NCBI RefSeq assembly: GCF_023055435.1
Contig: NW_025964124.1
Location: forward strand, 1,984,001 to 2,048,000
Length of the DNA: 64,000 bases
Direction: 5' to 3'
Source of the DNA: Haliotis rufescens
Taxonomy: Eukaryota
Under the pieces are notes generated by a model. The model was not told where the DNA came from, searched no databases, and saw only the letters and a list, made by a program, of their open reading frames with translations. A program made the translations under genes and the position numbers. Positions 13,023-25,200 of this stretch are shown here, one piece after another. Every line of letters begins with the position of its first letter. Positions within the stretch are counted from its first letter, which is position 1.

Positions 13023-16000
13023 TCACTGGGTACACATATATACCATTGCCAAAAAACATAGCATGGCAGCGGATATGAATACTAGGACGTTTCGGTTGAC
13101 TGATGAATCATCATACATGTTCTTCTGAAGTTTAAAATCAATCATCTTCTCTACTTGGTCAGCTGTAGAGGTGAGGATTCTGTCAAGAGCTCTCAGGTGA
13201 AGCAGCTTGGTGTTGGTGTCTGTTTCTGTTTCCGTCACATAATTCTTGACGTAACTGATGGCGTATGCTGGAATGCCTGTTTGGTCTGACATCGTCTTCA
13301 CAGCTTCCTGTACTAGAGGTGATTTGTACAGGTTGGGGATGTTTCCTGGGTCCTTGAACTGCGGGTCACACTCATCCAGATGAGTCAGCACCAGGTGGTA
13401 GGACAGGGCTGAAGCAAAATACACCTGATCATTACCCAAATAAAGACTCTATAGTGTCTTGTACTGACCGTCAAAAGAACGTCCTCACTCATTTTCCATG
13501 GATCATTTTTGAAAACTTTTTATCTTTATATGAAGCCTCTTTTTATAGCTGGAATATTCTAGGTATGAAACAAGACGTAAATAACCTGAACAGTGATTTT
13601 GGTACATGACAGGTGTTGATGTTTTTTATAAACTGTTTACCAAAACGGCTTTACCTCTCACATACATATGAGGATTGAGACATTGTCAAGTGACAATAAG
13701 AAATCAAACAGTCAAATTCCAATACAAATGATTCAATGTTACACAGGTATTTTAAACCTTACCACAAACTCCAAATGACATTGACCTATAATAATATAAT
13801 AATATTATCTATTCATATGTTAGAAATTTTATCCCGTGGTATGTAGGAGGCATTACATATTCTGTGGTTTACAGCAGGTGCATCAGTCAGATGCAACCAA
13901 ACACTTAAGGAAACTCCCTTTACTGGATGCTGCCAAATTAGAAAGCCAGATTACCCACACAGTTTCACAATGGAAACAAAGTCAGTCTTTAAGGGCAACA
14001 TCAGTCTTAACTTACCACCTTCTCCCCCTCTTCGTATGATGGCATTTAGTTGACGCTTCAATTCGTCACCCAGAGCGAGTCCATGGTGGAGAACCAGCAC
14101 AACACATGATACGTCCCTTCGTGCCTCTTGCAGGTTGCCCTTCGCGTCAAGAGTTTTTGTTATCTTGAAACAAACAAATGGATATGAATCACAGTAGTAT
14201 AATGAAGGTTGATTACATAACTATATGTTGCTATATAAGTGCAATAAGAGCGCGACGTTAAACGACATTACAGCTCATTTCACATAAATATATATTTCAG
14301 TATTTACTTCGACCATATCCTTAATATTAAGCTAATGATGGTACTTAGTAGTGTTTACCTGGGCATCAAAGCGAACCCTGCCAGACACAATGTCTTCAAT
14401 ATTCTCCGTTTTGAGATCACTGGATTCAAATATTCCTGGCATGTCAATAATCCAGTGAGGTCCATATTGTGAAGCCTGAAACTGTAATTATGGTTGTTAT
14501 TCCAATGGACTAACAACACGGGCAAAACAAGTTAATGAAATGCTATTTCCAGTATGTGTTGGAATTCAAGTTCTGGACATGCTACAGGTGGGACAGGATA
14601 TGCTCACCTTTTCGTGAATACCATATATTTACACAGTCATGTTCATGTTATAGTCGGAATCAATCCTACAGTCAACTGTTGGAAGATATTTCTGATGAAT
14701 ATTGATCTTTTTTGGTCGCGAAATTTAGACCTACAGTGGAAGTGCATAAATAATTATAAAGTTTGGTGACAGAAATATCATTAGAACATAGTTGAACTCA
14801 ACACCAGGAATCAATAGTCACCTCAACACAGAATAGATTATGAAAGAAGAGGTATTTTATTGAATGGAATGGAAATGTTTATGAAATTACCAAGAGTAAT
14901 CAGTAAATGAACAGTTAGGATAATTTCAGACTTGTGGAAAAGGGAAAGTACACACACTGCCAGTAAGTGAACTGCCGATACTACCAACTGCGTAGTAGTT
15001 TGCAGGTGTGGCAGAATCCTTCAGTGCTGCTCTTAGGCCATTGCAGAAGGATGACTTTCCAGTACCGCTGGGACCAAATATCAGGATCTTCCCATGTATC
15101 AGCCTCCCTCCCTTGTCATACTTGTGTTCATGAAACTTGTCTCGGAGTCGTTGAACCTCCTGCAGGGTACATAAATGAAAGCAAGATAAGATAAGTATTT
15201 AAATATGTGTGACCTAAACAGAGGGCTGTTCAACCCTATGCAAGAGTTTGATTATGATATTTTGCTTTCTCTCATTTTTTCAAAGCAGGCAAATGTTTCG
15301 AAATTGATACCTGTGATGTCCAGACTGTTCTTTCAGTATTCTTTGGCCCCCATGCAAACTGCTGCAAATGTAAAAGCAAGAATCTAAGAACATGAAAATC
15401 ATCATTCTTCAAAGGTTCATGCGGATACATATGGCGTCGAACTCATGTATCACACAGTATATTTTAACATGACCTGTTCTTCCCCGGATCTTCATGGGTT
15501 CATCTGACTGAACCTTTTGGGGGCATCATATGAGTACTAGCCTCGGTGTTGGTCTTGACAATATTTAGGAGGAATCACTTACATCCCTGGAACATTACTT
15601 CCCAAATGAAGCTGCCACAGCAATGGACCTAGTGTATATATCATAATCTATAAGTCCTAAAACATTGCATGTTTATTGTAAGTATTTGTAACATTACATA
15701 GGAATTTTCAAATATTGAAAACACCGCGCATACAAACCACACATGTGGAACTCATGGCACACATGTATACTTGTTGTAAATACTCTCACATATATTATGC
15801 TGATTTTCATACAGTGAGCTGTTCATCTGGTTACATCGGTATTTCAAAGTTTTGATTGTCAGCGTTATTCAACTCTTGTGGCAAGCAAACAATTCCTTGC
15901 AATGTCTGGGGCGGTCGGGTAGCCCTGTGGTTAAGATGTTCTCTCAACACACCGAAGAAGCGGGTTCGATTCTCATCAAGGGTACAATGTGTGAAGCCCA

Positions 16001-17240
16001 TTTCTGGTGTGTGTCCTTGGCCAACATACTGTTTGAATGTTGCTAAAATCAGCATAAACCAAACTCACTCACATTGCAATGTCTGAGCCTCAAAGGAAGT
16101 TTGATAAGCATTAAAATATTCACAACTTTTCAATTTTTGAGGTCGGACGAAAATTGTCAAACATGACACATCAGTCACCACACAGTGTCAAATGCAAAGT
16201 CTCTATGTTGACTTGAACCATATATTCCCGTGTTTGTTTTCATGTGAACACTTTATTTGCCTTTGTGTGGTTTTCTAAAGGTTTCCACTGGTGGAGCAGA
16301 AGAAAAAATAAAGACGCTTAATATGATTATGGATAGGATTTTCTAGTATGGTAGTATATAACACACGTCTGTTTATATAGGCATCAACAATGTCTTTGTA
16401 AAGACTGTTCGAATATAACTCATAGAGGCCTACTTAACCTGTCGGACATCTGTTTAGGAATTGAGATTCATTTTGTTGCAATTTCACACTTACCATTAAA
16501 CATGCATCTCTCCTTTTCTTTTCCTCTCTCTCATCCTGAAGTCGTTGTTTTTCTTTCTGAACAGATTCCATCTTAAGATTCATCCCCTCAATCTGTCCTG
16601 CTGTAGTTGATGATTTTCTGGCTTCTTTTTCTGCACGTTCTATTGCCTTTTCTGCTCTCTCTCTGTGTCGCTTGGTCATTTCCAGCGCCTCAAGCGCTCT
16701 TAGGTGTTCCTCTTGGGCTTTTTCTTCAGCTTGGTGAGCTCTTTTCCCACTTACCATTGCCTCTTGCTTTAATTTTTCAGCGGCCATCCTTTCTGTTTCA
16801 GCACGTTCCCTTTCCATGTTTGCTCTTTGATTTTCCTTTTGGGCCTGTTGTTCAGCAAGTCTAGCTCTTGCTGAACTTATAGCTGCCTCTGCCTTTGCTT
16901 CTTCAGCAGCTCTCTTGTCCTTTTGGGCTTTTGCTTCAACTTCCGCAGCTCTTCTTGAAATTACATTTGCATCTGCCTTGGCTATAGCAGCATTCCTCCT
17001 TTCCTTTTCTGCACGTTCCCTTTCCTCATTTGCTCTTTGGTTGTCAATCCTGGCTTGTTCTTGCGCATGTCTAGCACTTATTGCACTTTCAATTGCTCCT
17101 GCCTTGGCTATATCAGCATCTCTCTTTTCCTGTGCTGCACGTTCCTTTTCCTCATTCGCTCGCCTGCTCTCAGCTCTCGCCGCCTCTTGTGCCTTGGCTA
17201 ACTGTTTTAATGCATTTTTATTCAACTCAACAGTAAGCAT
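13023..17240 (-). CDS. IFI44-like P-loop GTPase with N-terminal coiled coil and C-terminal hydrophobic anchor; exons 16494-17240, 14956-15159, 14359-14481, 14016-14163, 13023-13408 (~535 aa)
   Basis: All introns are GT-AG and phase-compatible (0,0,0,1). G1 ILIFGPSGTGKSSFCN, G3 IIDMPG, G4-like VLTHLD, IFI44-type tail YVKNYVTETETDTNTKLLHLRALDRIL, terminal VLVFISAAMLCFLAMVYM. A possible upstream non-coding exon has a donor near 17905. Confidence 0.85.
15908..16072 (+). mobile_element. tRNA-derived SINE (short family), intronic
   Basis: Same head and tail as 12685-12848; TSD TTGCAATGTCTG. Confidence 0.85.
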
Positions 17241-19486
17241 TAGTCCACCTATGTATCATAACGACCTATGATAGTAATACAACTACGTGACTGGTGCAAT
17301 ATGTCATGCCATTAAAGCATGCTATGATCTGGACCTAGTCTAACCCTAGTACAATTCAATTTCAGGAAGTGTTTTGTTGAATTTATCATTTTGCTTCACA
17401 ACTTTTATACATTACCATCTTGCTTTTTCATAAATCGCATGAAATACATTGTTTACAAGCAGCAGCTAATAGTTTGGGTATCAGTTGTACACAATTGATC
17501 ATATAGTTTCATTTTGCTTCATTGTGTTATTGAGTCAATTTCATGCTTTTAGGTGAAAAATTATGAAGTTAAACATTTTTTATACAGCTTGTTTATCAAT
17601 ATATACAGAATGGGTAGATAAGGTATTGCTTATTGTGAATTTTGAAAACCTAGAGGAGATTCCGGAGAAAAATATGTCCATAAACATCAGGTCAACAGTT
17701 CATGCAAGTTGAAATTGATGCCCTGTATAAAGAGTAAAAAAGCTGTTTAAATGCATTAAAACGCCCTGTGCATCAAACTCAACATATACCTTTACTTTGC
17801 TCATTTTTATATTAAATGAAAATGACAGAACTCGCATCTTTTGTGATTATCTTCCCTCACTGAACAAAATAAATGGTTTCGAAAGAAACCTTAACTGTTA
17901 CTTACCTCCTCGGCCGAAACTGCAAGGCAATCATATGGAAGTTGCAATTTGGTAAAGTGAGCACGTGTTATTTTTTTACATATTATTCACCACCAGTGTA
18001 AGTATTTTGGTTTCAAAAACTGTCAGTGAAATAAAAATCGGTTTTGAATTTCCATCGTTACCATCATATAGCCTGAAAGCGTCAATAATGATTGATAATA
18101 TCTGGTTAAGATGATATGAACTCGTTGGGTAATACTTCTTTTGTGAATGGCAAGACAAGTGCACAGTAGCAATGAGTCAAGATATCAGATAGTTGTAGTG
18201 AATCACACAGTAAAGGTAATACAGCTGGAGCTATATAAAAAAAGCCAGGGGTAGCATGTAGTCCCTAGGTCCATAGTTTTATGATTTGAGTGACATGAAA
18301 GTATATGTATATTTACCATAGCCAAACCAGCTCATGCTTTATTGATATGCTGAAAAAGAGGCAGAATCGTTATTTGTCATGAGTCTATGTATATTCATGG
18401 TCACGTCTCCAAATGGACGATTTTGTGTTACTGTTTGTAGCATGTCCACGTGGGCTGATAATGTGATTTTCAGCAAGCTGAGGCATTGTGTAAGCTTAAT
18501 TTATAGCTAAACAGTCACTGTTCAAATCAAAAACGACATGTGTGAGTATCATTCTCCCAACAAACACGAAAACATCCAAATTGGTCGCAATGCACATGCA
18601 CATGCACATGCAAATTGTGAATCACCATGAGGTTGAGATATCTTTGTGATTACATACTGACTAATGTTTAGTTTCAGAATAAATCTATTTTCAGTAAACT
18701 TTATATGAAGCACAGTTTCTTGTTTTCCGTTTATATGTTTACAAATTAACAGCTATTCAAAAGTATGTTATAATAATATCCATAGATAAAAACAAACTGT
18801 TGACATGAGAAACAATAAACCTTTCTGAAGATGGATCGAGGTAAAAGACAGGGTTACATCTATTCCTTTTTAACTTCTCCAATGAAGGACAAGTTCAAGT
18901 GATAAGTTAACTTACGTTGTGATGCGGCCTGCAGGGAATAACACGTCGTACCAGCTGGGTGAACACACATTTACTGAAACAGGTTTCCAGGGGCGGCGGT
19001 ATAATAGGACGATTTCTTCTATCTAGGTTGTATGCAGCACCTATCAAGCTGACAAACCTGATCGATGTGAAAGTTAAAGTCAACATCCAGTTGTTTCTGT
19101 TGCTTGGATGGTGAGTTGACGTAGTTGAGTTACATGCTTCAGTACTGTTTTTCATACAATCTATTAACTAAAAATGGTGGCTGAATATGTCACTAAGATA
19201 TATCAGATGGAATCATTACACATTTGCTTAGAAAATAGCCTTTGTTCTCAACCAAGCAAAGTTTCCTGTGAAGCTTTGGTGTCATTAATTTTTAAAGACA
19301 TAGTTGTCTCTAGTGCCTTTGTTGTCAACAGGGATGCATGAAGAAGCTCATGTTGTAATCCATAATACAATTTTATCTATAATCTGACATCTGTTAACTC
19401 TCATTGTACCCCAAGCAGCTGAAAGAACCTTTTACGTTCTCTTCATTGCATTTTTCGTTCTGCTTAAGTAACTGTGCATATATATA

Positions 19487-20985
19487 CTAGCCACATAAAG
19501 AAAATGTGCACGAAGAAAATATATTCTGGATTGAAATACAACACAGCAAGAACAAAATGATGCAGACGCTGTAGCAGCTGATAATCGGACCATAAGAAAA
19601 TGTCAACGGGACCTGAACAACATCTGTTATGATGACGCCAAAAGATCAAAATGGAGTAGGGGGTCAAACGACAAAGTCACAAAGTCAATAACAGGTATGA
19701 CCACCCTGTGCGTGAATCACAGCAGTGCATCGGTGACGCATGGAGTCCACCAAATGGGCATGGAAGGCCTGGGGAATGGCCTGCCATATCCTCCTCAAAT
19801 CCTGTGTCAAGTCATGGACGTTATCTTGAGGATGTGGAAGACGACGCAGACGGCGCTCCATTTCATCCCACAAATGCTCTATTGGGGAGAGATCTGGAGA
19901 ATTTGCAGGCCATGGCAGTAACATGACATTGTTATGGTGAAGGAAATCCATTGCGACCCTAGCCGAGTGAGGACGAGCGTTGTCCTGTTGAAATGTCAAT
20001 CCCGGGCCATGACGTCGCAGAAATAGGAAGGACCACAGGCCTCAGAATCTGATCGCTGTAGCCAACACCGGTGAGATTGCCCTGAGCAACCACCAAAGGG
20101 GTTCGGTGCCGTGCTGTTATCCCACCCCAAATCATCACAGAGCCACCTCCAAAACGATTCCTCTCCACAATACAGTTGCGTGCATAACGTTCTCCCGAAC
20201 GCCGGTAGGCACGTTGGTGCCCGTCACTGTGGTAAATGTTGAACCTTGATTCATCTGTAAAGACAACATTTCTCCACCATATTCTAGGTTGGCGAACATG
20301 ATTTCAACTCCATCTTAGAAGGTTGACTCGATGACGGTGTGTCAGGATGGGACGTATGGCAGGGCGTCGTGGTCGAATCCCGTACTGACGTAAACGATTC
20401 CTGACAGTGTTAGGATGGATACGGCGCAGTCCAGGAATTGTCTGGGACGTCGTTACTGCCGTTTGGAACCTGTGTCGGAGATGTGTAACTCGAATCCATC
20501 TGTCCTGTCTTGAAGTCGTTACTCGGTGGTCGGCAACGTCATTTGTGTTCTGATAACGCCTCACCAATGCCGATATCGTGTTGCGATGGCATTGGAAATG
20601 TGTTGCCACCTGTTGTTGCCTCGTTCCCGCTCGGATCATTCCAATGGCTTCATGACACTGTGCAGCTGTCAATCTTGGCATGATTTGCTTGTGATATGCT
20701 TGTGTCTGCGCCTGAGAAGTTTAGAATTTTTGAATGACCACAGATCATGCTTTCCAAAGTGACAGCGAATTTTGAGTTGCACATGATGTGTACAGCTGCA
20801 CAGGATGCACGTGCAGTAACACATTGCACGTCCATAGGCCCCAATCAATGACGTCATATCGCATGGCACGTGCATGAGCGTTTGAATGTCTCAAATAATT
20901 GCTGTGTTCAAACCTATATTTCATATATGGACAGTGTGCCCTTATATCTATATTTTCTCCGTGCACAGTTTCTTTATGTGGCTAG
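19487..20985 (-). mobile_element. Full-length Tc1 transposon with disrupted transposase
   Basis: TA flanks; ~35-bp TIR CTAGCCACATAAAGAAA(A/C)TGTGCACG(A/G)AGAAAATAT; MPRLTAAQ… HTH region, VVFTDESRF, FQQDNARPH, SPDLSPIEHLW; in-frame stop at 20304 and a frameshift near 20000-20040. Confidence 0.95.
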
Positions 20986-21007
20986 TATATATTGGGGGCG
21001 TTTTTAT

Positions 21008-21155
21008 TGAGTGAGTGAGTGGGTATGGTTTTACGCTGCTTTTTAGCAATATTCCAGCAATATCACGGCAGGGGAGACCAGAATGTCGGGAATCGCACCC
21101 GGGTCTTCCGCGTAATGAGCGAACGCTTTAACCTCTAGGCTACCCGACCGGCCCC
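21008..21155 (-). mobile_element. tRNA-derived SINE (short family)
   Basis: Family homology; TSD CGTTTTTATTGA. Confidence 0.85.
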
Positions 21156-21439
21156 GTTTTTATTGAAAGAAAATGATTAACTGTATATTCAGGAAAATGC
21201 ATTTCTGATGATATGAGGTCAATCATAAATTATTTTATCATGAAAAAACATTTTCTCAAACATGTTTACAACCTTCTTTGACTCTGAATGGCATGTAGAC
21301 TACAATACATAAAGTGACAAAACCTTTTCCATATCCAATATGAATGTCCTCATAAAAAAGAGTTTATACGACTCCTGCTATATATCGCAAGCATGTGTTT
21401 ATGCGTATGTGTGAATATGAAATAGTAATGATACCAGGT

Positions 21440-22110
21440 CTTCTTAAAATGGTGAGCGTATCCTACCCCAGCCGGTGAGCCACTCACAAACACTTGCAAA
21501 TGCAAGTCAATTGTTCACCTGAAATGTCCTCTACATGTCTACCAAAAAATGTTTACTTTGAATGTTGTAATCTTGATTAAACATCTACTGAGTAGCAGTC
21601 GGATGAATCTCTTTGAAATTTTGGTAGAAAGAGCACGCTCGATCGATCTCAAAAGTTGTGAATTGTGAGGATTTGGAGCTGATGGAATACTGCTCAGCAT
21701 GTAGGGAAAGTAAAAGTCATCCCTCTTGTCATTTAAAGTCTTGTCGACTCTCTCTGAATATGTATGCATTGATCTAAATATGAAACAGATGAGGCGGTCT
21801 CACTGGTCTCCTTTATTTCTCGTTCAGGTAGGTTAGGCAGTGGAAGGGCATAGACTATTTGATGGTAATTGAACGATATATAATCAGCGACATACCGAGG
21901 CCTAAGTTAAACTTCTTGGCAAAATTACCTTGTTTTGACTTAGCCAATCTAAACAGAAATTCCGATACATGAAGAAACAGATCCGCAAGAAGTGGTGACC
22001 ATGAGATCCCTACTCCTTGCCTAAATGTCTTATCCCCAAATTTTACGTAGTTATTATTAATAAAGAAGTCCACAAAAATATGCCAGAAAATGTTTCTGTG
22101 AAGTTATTCT
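21440..22110 (-). mobile_element. Penelope-like element RT remnant
   Basis: FFINNNYVKFGDKTFRQGVGISW, SPLLADLFL, DKRDDFYFPYMLSSIPSAP; its flank also recurs at ~6340-6420. Confidence 0.7.
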
Positions 22111-22248
22111 GTGAAACAAAACACTTTTAATTTTGATGATTTAATCAGCATACAGAGATGTCATTCATATTCCTAAACATGTTAACATGTCTCATGGTAT
22201 AAACATATGTAGCAAATTAATGTATGTCAAGACTTTTATGTTTCAGAT

Positions 22249-25200
22249 ATGTCACTGCCACTTCATGTTCTGCCTACCACTAGTTATGATGACAAACTCA
22301 AGAAGTCTTTCATGCACCAGCTGTCACTCCATGTTGAGCTGAACAGGGAACTGTCCGCCACTGTTTCGCCGCCGCACATTGTGATATTCCGGCCTCAAGG
22401 CAGACCGAACGATGAATTTGAAGGAATGGTTCTACCTTTCCTTCAGAAATGTAAGATTTGTTGTAAATGAAAACAAAAGATCAGCTACTCTGCCATGGCG
22501 GGTTTCGATTGTATCTAAATCTTATCTGAATGTGAAATGAAGGACTTTAAGACAAATATATTTTTTTAAACATGCGACTTTCGAAAAAGGAAGTTATGTC
22601 CTTCCATCGTTAATATGAAGATGATCTAAGATTAGGGAATACATCATAGGCATAGCTTCAAGATCCACAATGATACAAATGTAACAATTTGTAGATGAAA
22701 TAGATAAAGAGGCCTTTAGCCAATCAAACTTTCACTCTAATGGTTTTTTTTTTCATTTCAGGTGGTCCAAGTAGCGACATTATTCTCTTCACTGCCTTCA
22801 CAACATCACAGCAGTACCGACGTGGCTTCAGCCCAACTTGTGTATCAAGCTTCAAATACACGGACAAACTTTTTATCACGTCCGGACATCTTGATACACA
22901 AATTAACAAGTCCACATTTAAACGACTTGGGGATATCCTTATGACACAATATAGCTTCAAGGTATGTACAAGTCATAAAACATGTCCAGTATGTATAATT
23001 CAAGAGAGGTGACACTGTGGAACCAAATCACCACTTTCCATTATAAATGCATAGCAAGAGTTTATTGCTTCAAATACGAATATGATGTTTAATGTACTGG
23101 CAGATTTCTGATGATCAGTCGCAACTTGGAAGGGACGCGGAACCAGTACATCACACACGAGGCCAAGGTAATTGCATTTTGATATCGATATTCACACATA
23201 CGCATTTTTATGATGACAATGTTAGCAGTACTGGTGCAATAGACAACATTAACATTAACATTGCTCCGTCTGATTAACATATGGATGTCGAATTGTATTA
23301 ATAAAGGAAGATCTCTAATACATACAGATATGGAAAGCAATGCGAACAACCAAGTGGACAATGTCAGCTCTTCTTGTCGTGACGCGAACAATCGAGAGGA
23401 CAATGTCATTTATTCTCGTATTGATGACAACAGCCAAGTGGACAAAGGCATCTCTGCTTGTTTTGATGCCAACAGCCAAGTGGACAAAGGCAGCTCTGCT
23501 TGTTTTGATGCCCACAGCCAAGTGGACAAAGGCAACTCTGCTTGTTTTGATGCCCACAGCCAAGTGGACAAAGGCAGTTCTGCTTGTTTTGATGCCAACA
23601 GCCAAGTGGACAAAGGCAGCTCTGCTTGTTTTGATGCCCACAGCCAAGTGGACAAAGGCAGCTATGCTTGTTTTGATGCCCACAGCCAAGTGGACAAAGG
23701 CAGTTCTGCTTGTTTTGATGCCCACAGCCAAGTGGACAAAGGCAGCTCTGCTTGTTTTGATGCCAACAGCCAAGTGGACAAAGGCAGCTCTGCTTGTTTT
23801 GATGCCCACAGCCAAGTGGACAAATGCAGTTCTGCTTGTTTTGATGCCAACAGCCAAGTGGACAAAGGCAGCTCTGCTTGTTTTGATGCCCACAGCCAAG
23901 TGGACAAAGGCAGCTCTGCTTGTTTTGATGCAAACAGCCAAGTGGACAAAGGCAGCTCTGCTTGTTTTGATGCCCACAGCCAAGTGGACAAAGGCAGCTC
24001 TGCTTGTTTTGATGCCCACAGCCAAGTGGACAAAGGCAGCTATGCTTGTTTTGATGCAAACAGCCAAGTGGACAAAGGCAGCTATGCTTGTTTTGATGCA
24101 AACAGCCAAGTGGACAAGGACAACTCTGCTTGTTTTGATGCCCACAGCCAAGTGGACAAAGGCAGCTCTGCTTGTTTTGATGCCCACAGCCAAGTGGACA
24201 AAGGCAGCTCTGCTTGTTTTGATGCCCACAGCCAAGTGGACAAAGGCAGCTATGCTTGTTTTGATGCCCACAGCCAAGCGGACAAGGGCAGCTATGCTTG
24301 TTTTGATGCAAACAGCCAAGTGAACAAAGGAGACTCTACTCAAAGTCTTGTCAGCAGCAAAGTAGAGAACCTTGATTCCACTGCAGGTTTCGCTAACAGG
24401 CAAGAGGGAAAAGGCGGATATTCTGGTAGTGATGCCAAAAGCCAAATGTACAAAGGCAACTCTACTGGACATGTTGTCAATAGTCAGGTAGACGAAGGCA
24501 GACCTTCTTCTTCTTTTGATGCCATCAGCCAAATTGAGAAAGAAACATCTGTAAGAAGTAATGCCAACAGCCATGTGACCAAAGGCAACGCTACTAGATA
24601 CAGCAAAATTGAGAAAGCCATGTCTTCTGGTAATGATGTCAACAGGCAAGATGACAAAAGCAAAGTTACTGAATGTGAAATTGACAGCTTTGTGGATAAA
24701 CGCAACTTTGCTGGACACGTTGCCAACAGCCAAGAGGACAAAGATAGTTCTTGTAGTGATGCCAGGAACCAAGTGGACAAAGGCAGTTCTCCTTGCAATG
24801 ATGCCAACAGCTATGTGGACGAAGGGGTCTCTACTAAAAGTCAGGCCAGGAGCCAAGTAGAAAGCGGTAATTCTGCTGAAAGTGTTGCAAGCAGCCAGGG
24901 CGAGAAATGCAGAACTTCTGGAAGTGATGCCAACACCCAAGTGGACAATGGCAGATCTATTCTAGATTCCGAAACTGGAAGCAGGCAAAATGTCGATGAC
25001 ATTGGTGAGTTTTCAGGAACGTCAATTATTAGCCTTTGCATATGCTATGTAAAGCCCCATTAATCTTAGCTCTATGGCTCCCAGAAACTGTCCTGAGCAA
25101 AATATTTCCAGATTACAAGTGTTACGTGGTATGTATATGTATGTTATCAATGGTAATTATCATGAATATACAGTTTCTGATTCAATGTGTGCGACTGTAT

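Noticed and set aside
23315-24940. Alternative-frame and antisense ORFs over the 42-bp repeat (e.g. Cys-rich CLCPLGCGHQNKQS, metallothionein-like)
   Set aside because: Shadows of the repeat; only the SQVDKG frame is linked by phase-compatible splice sites.
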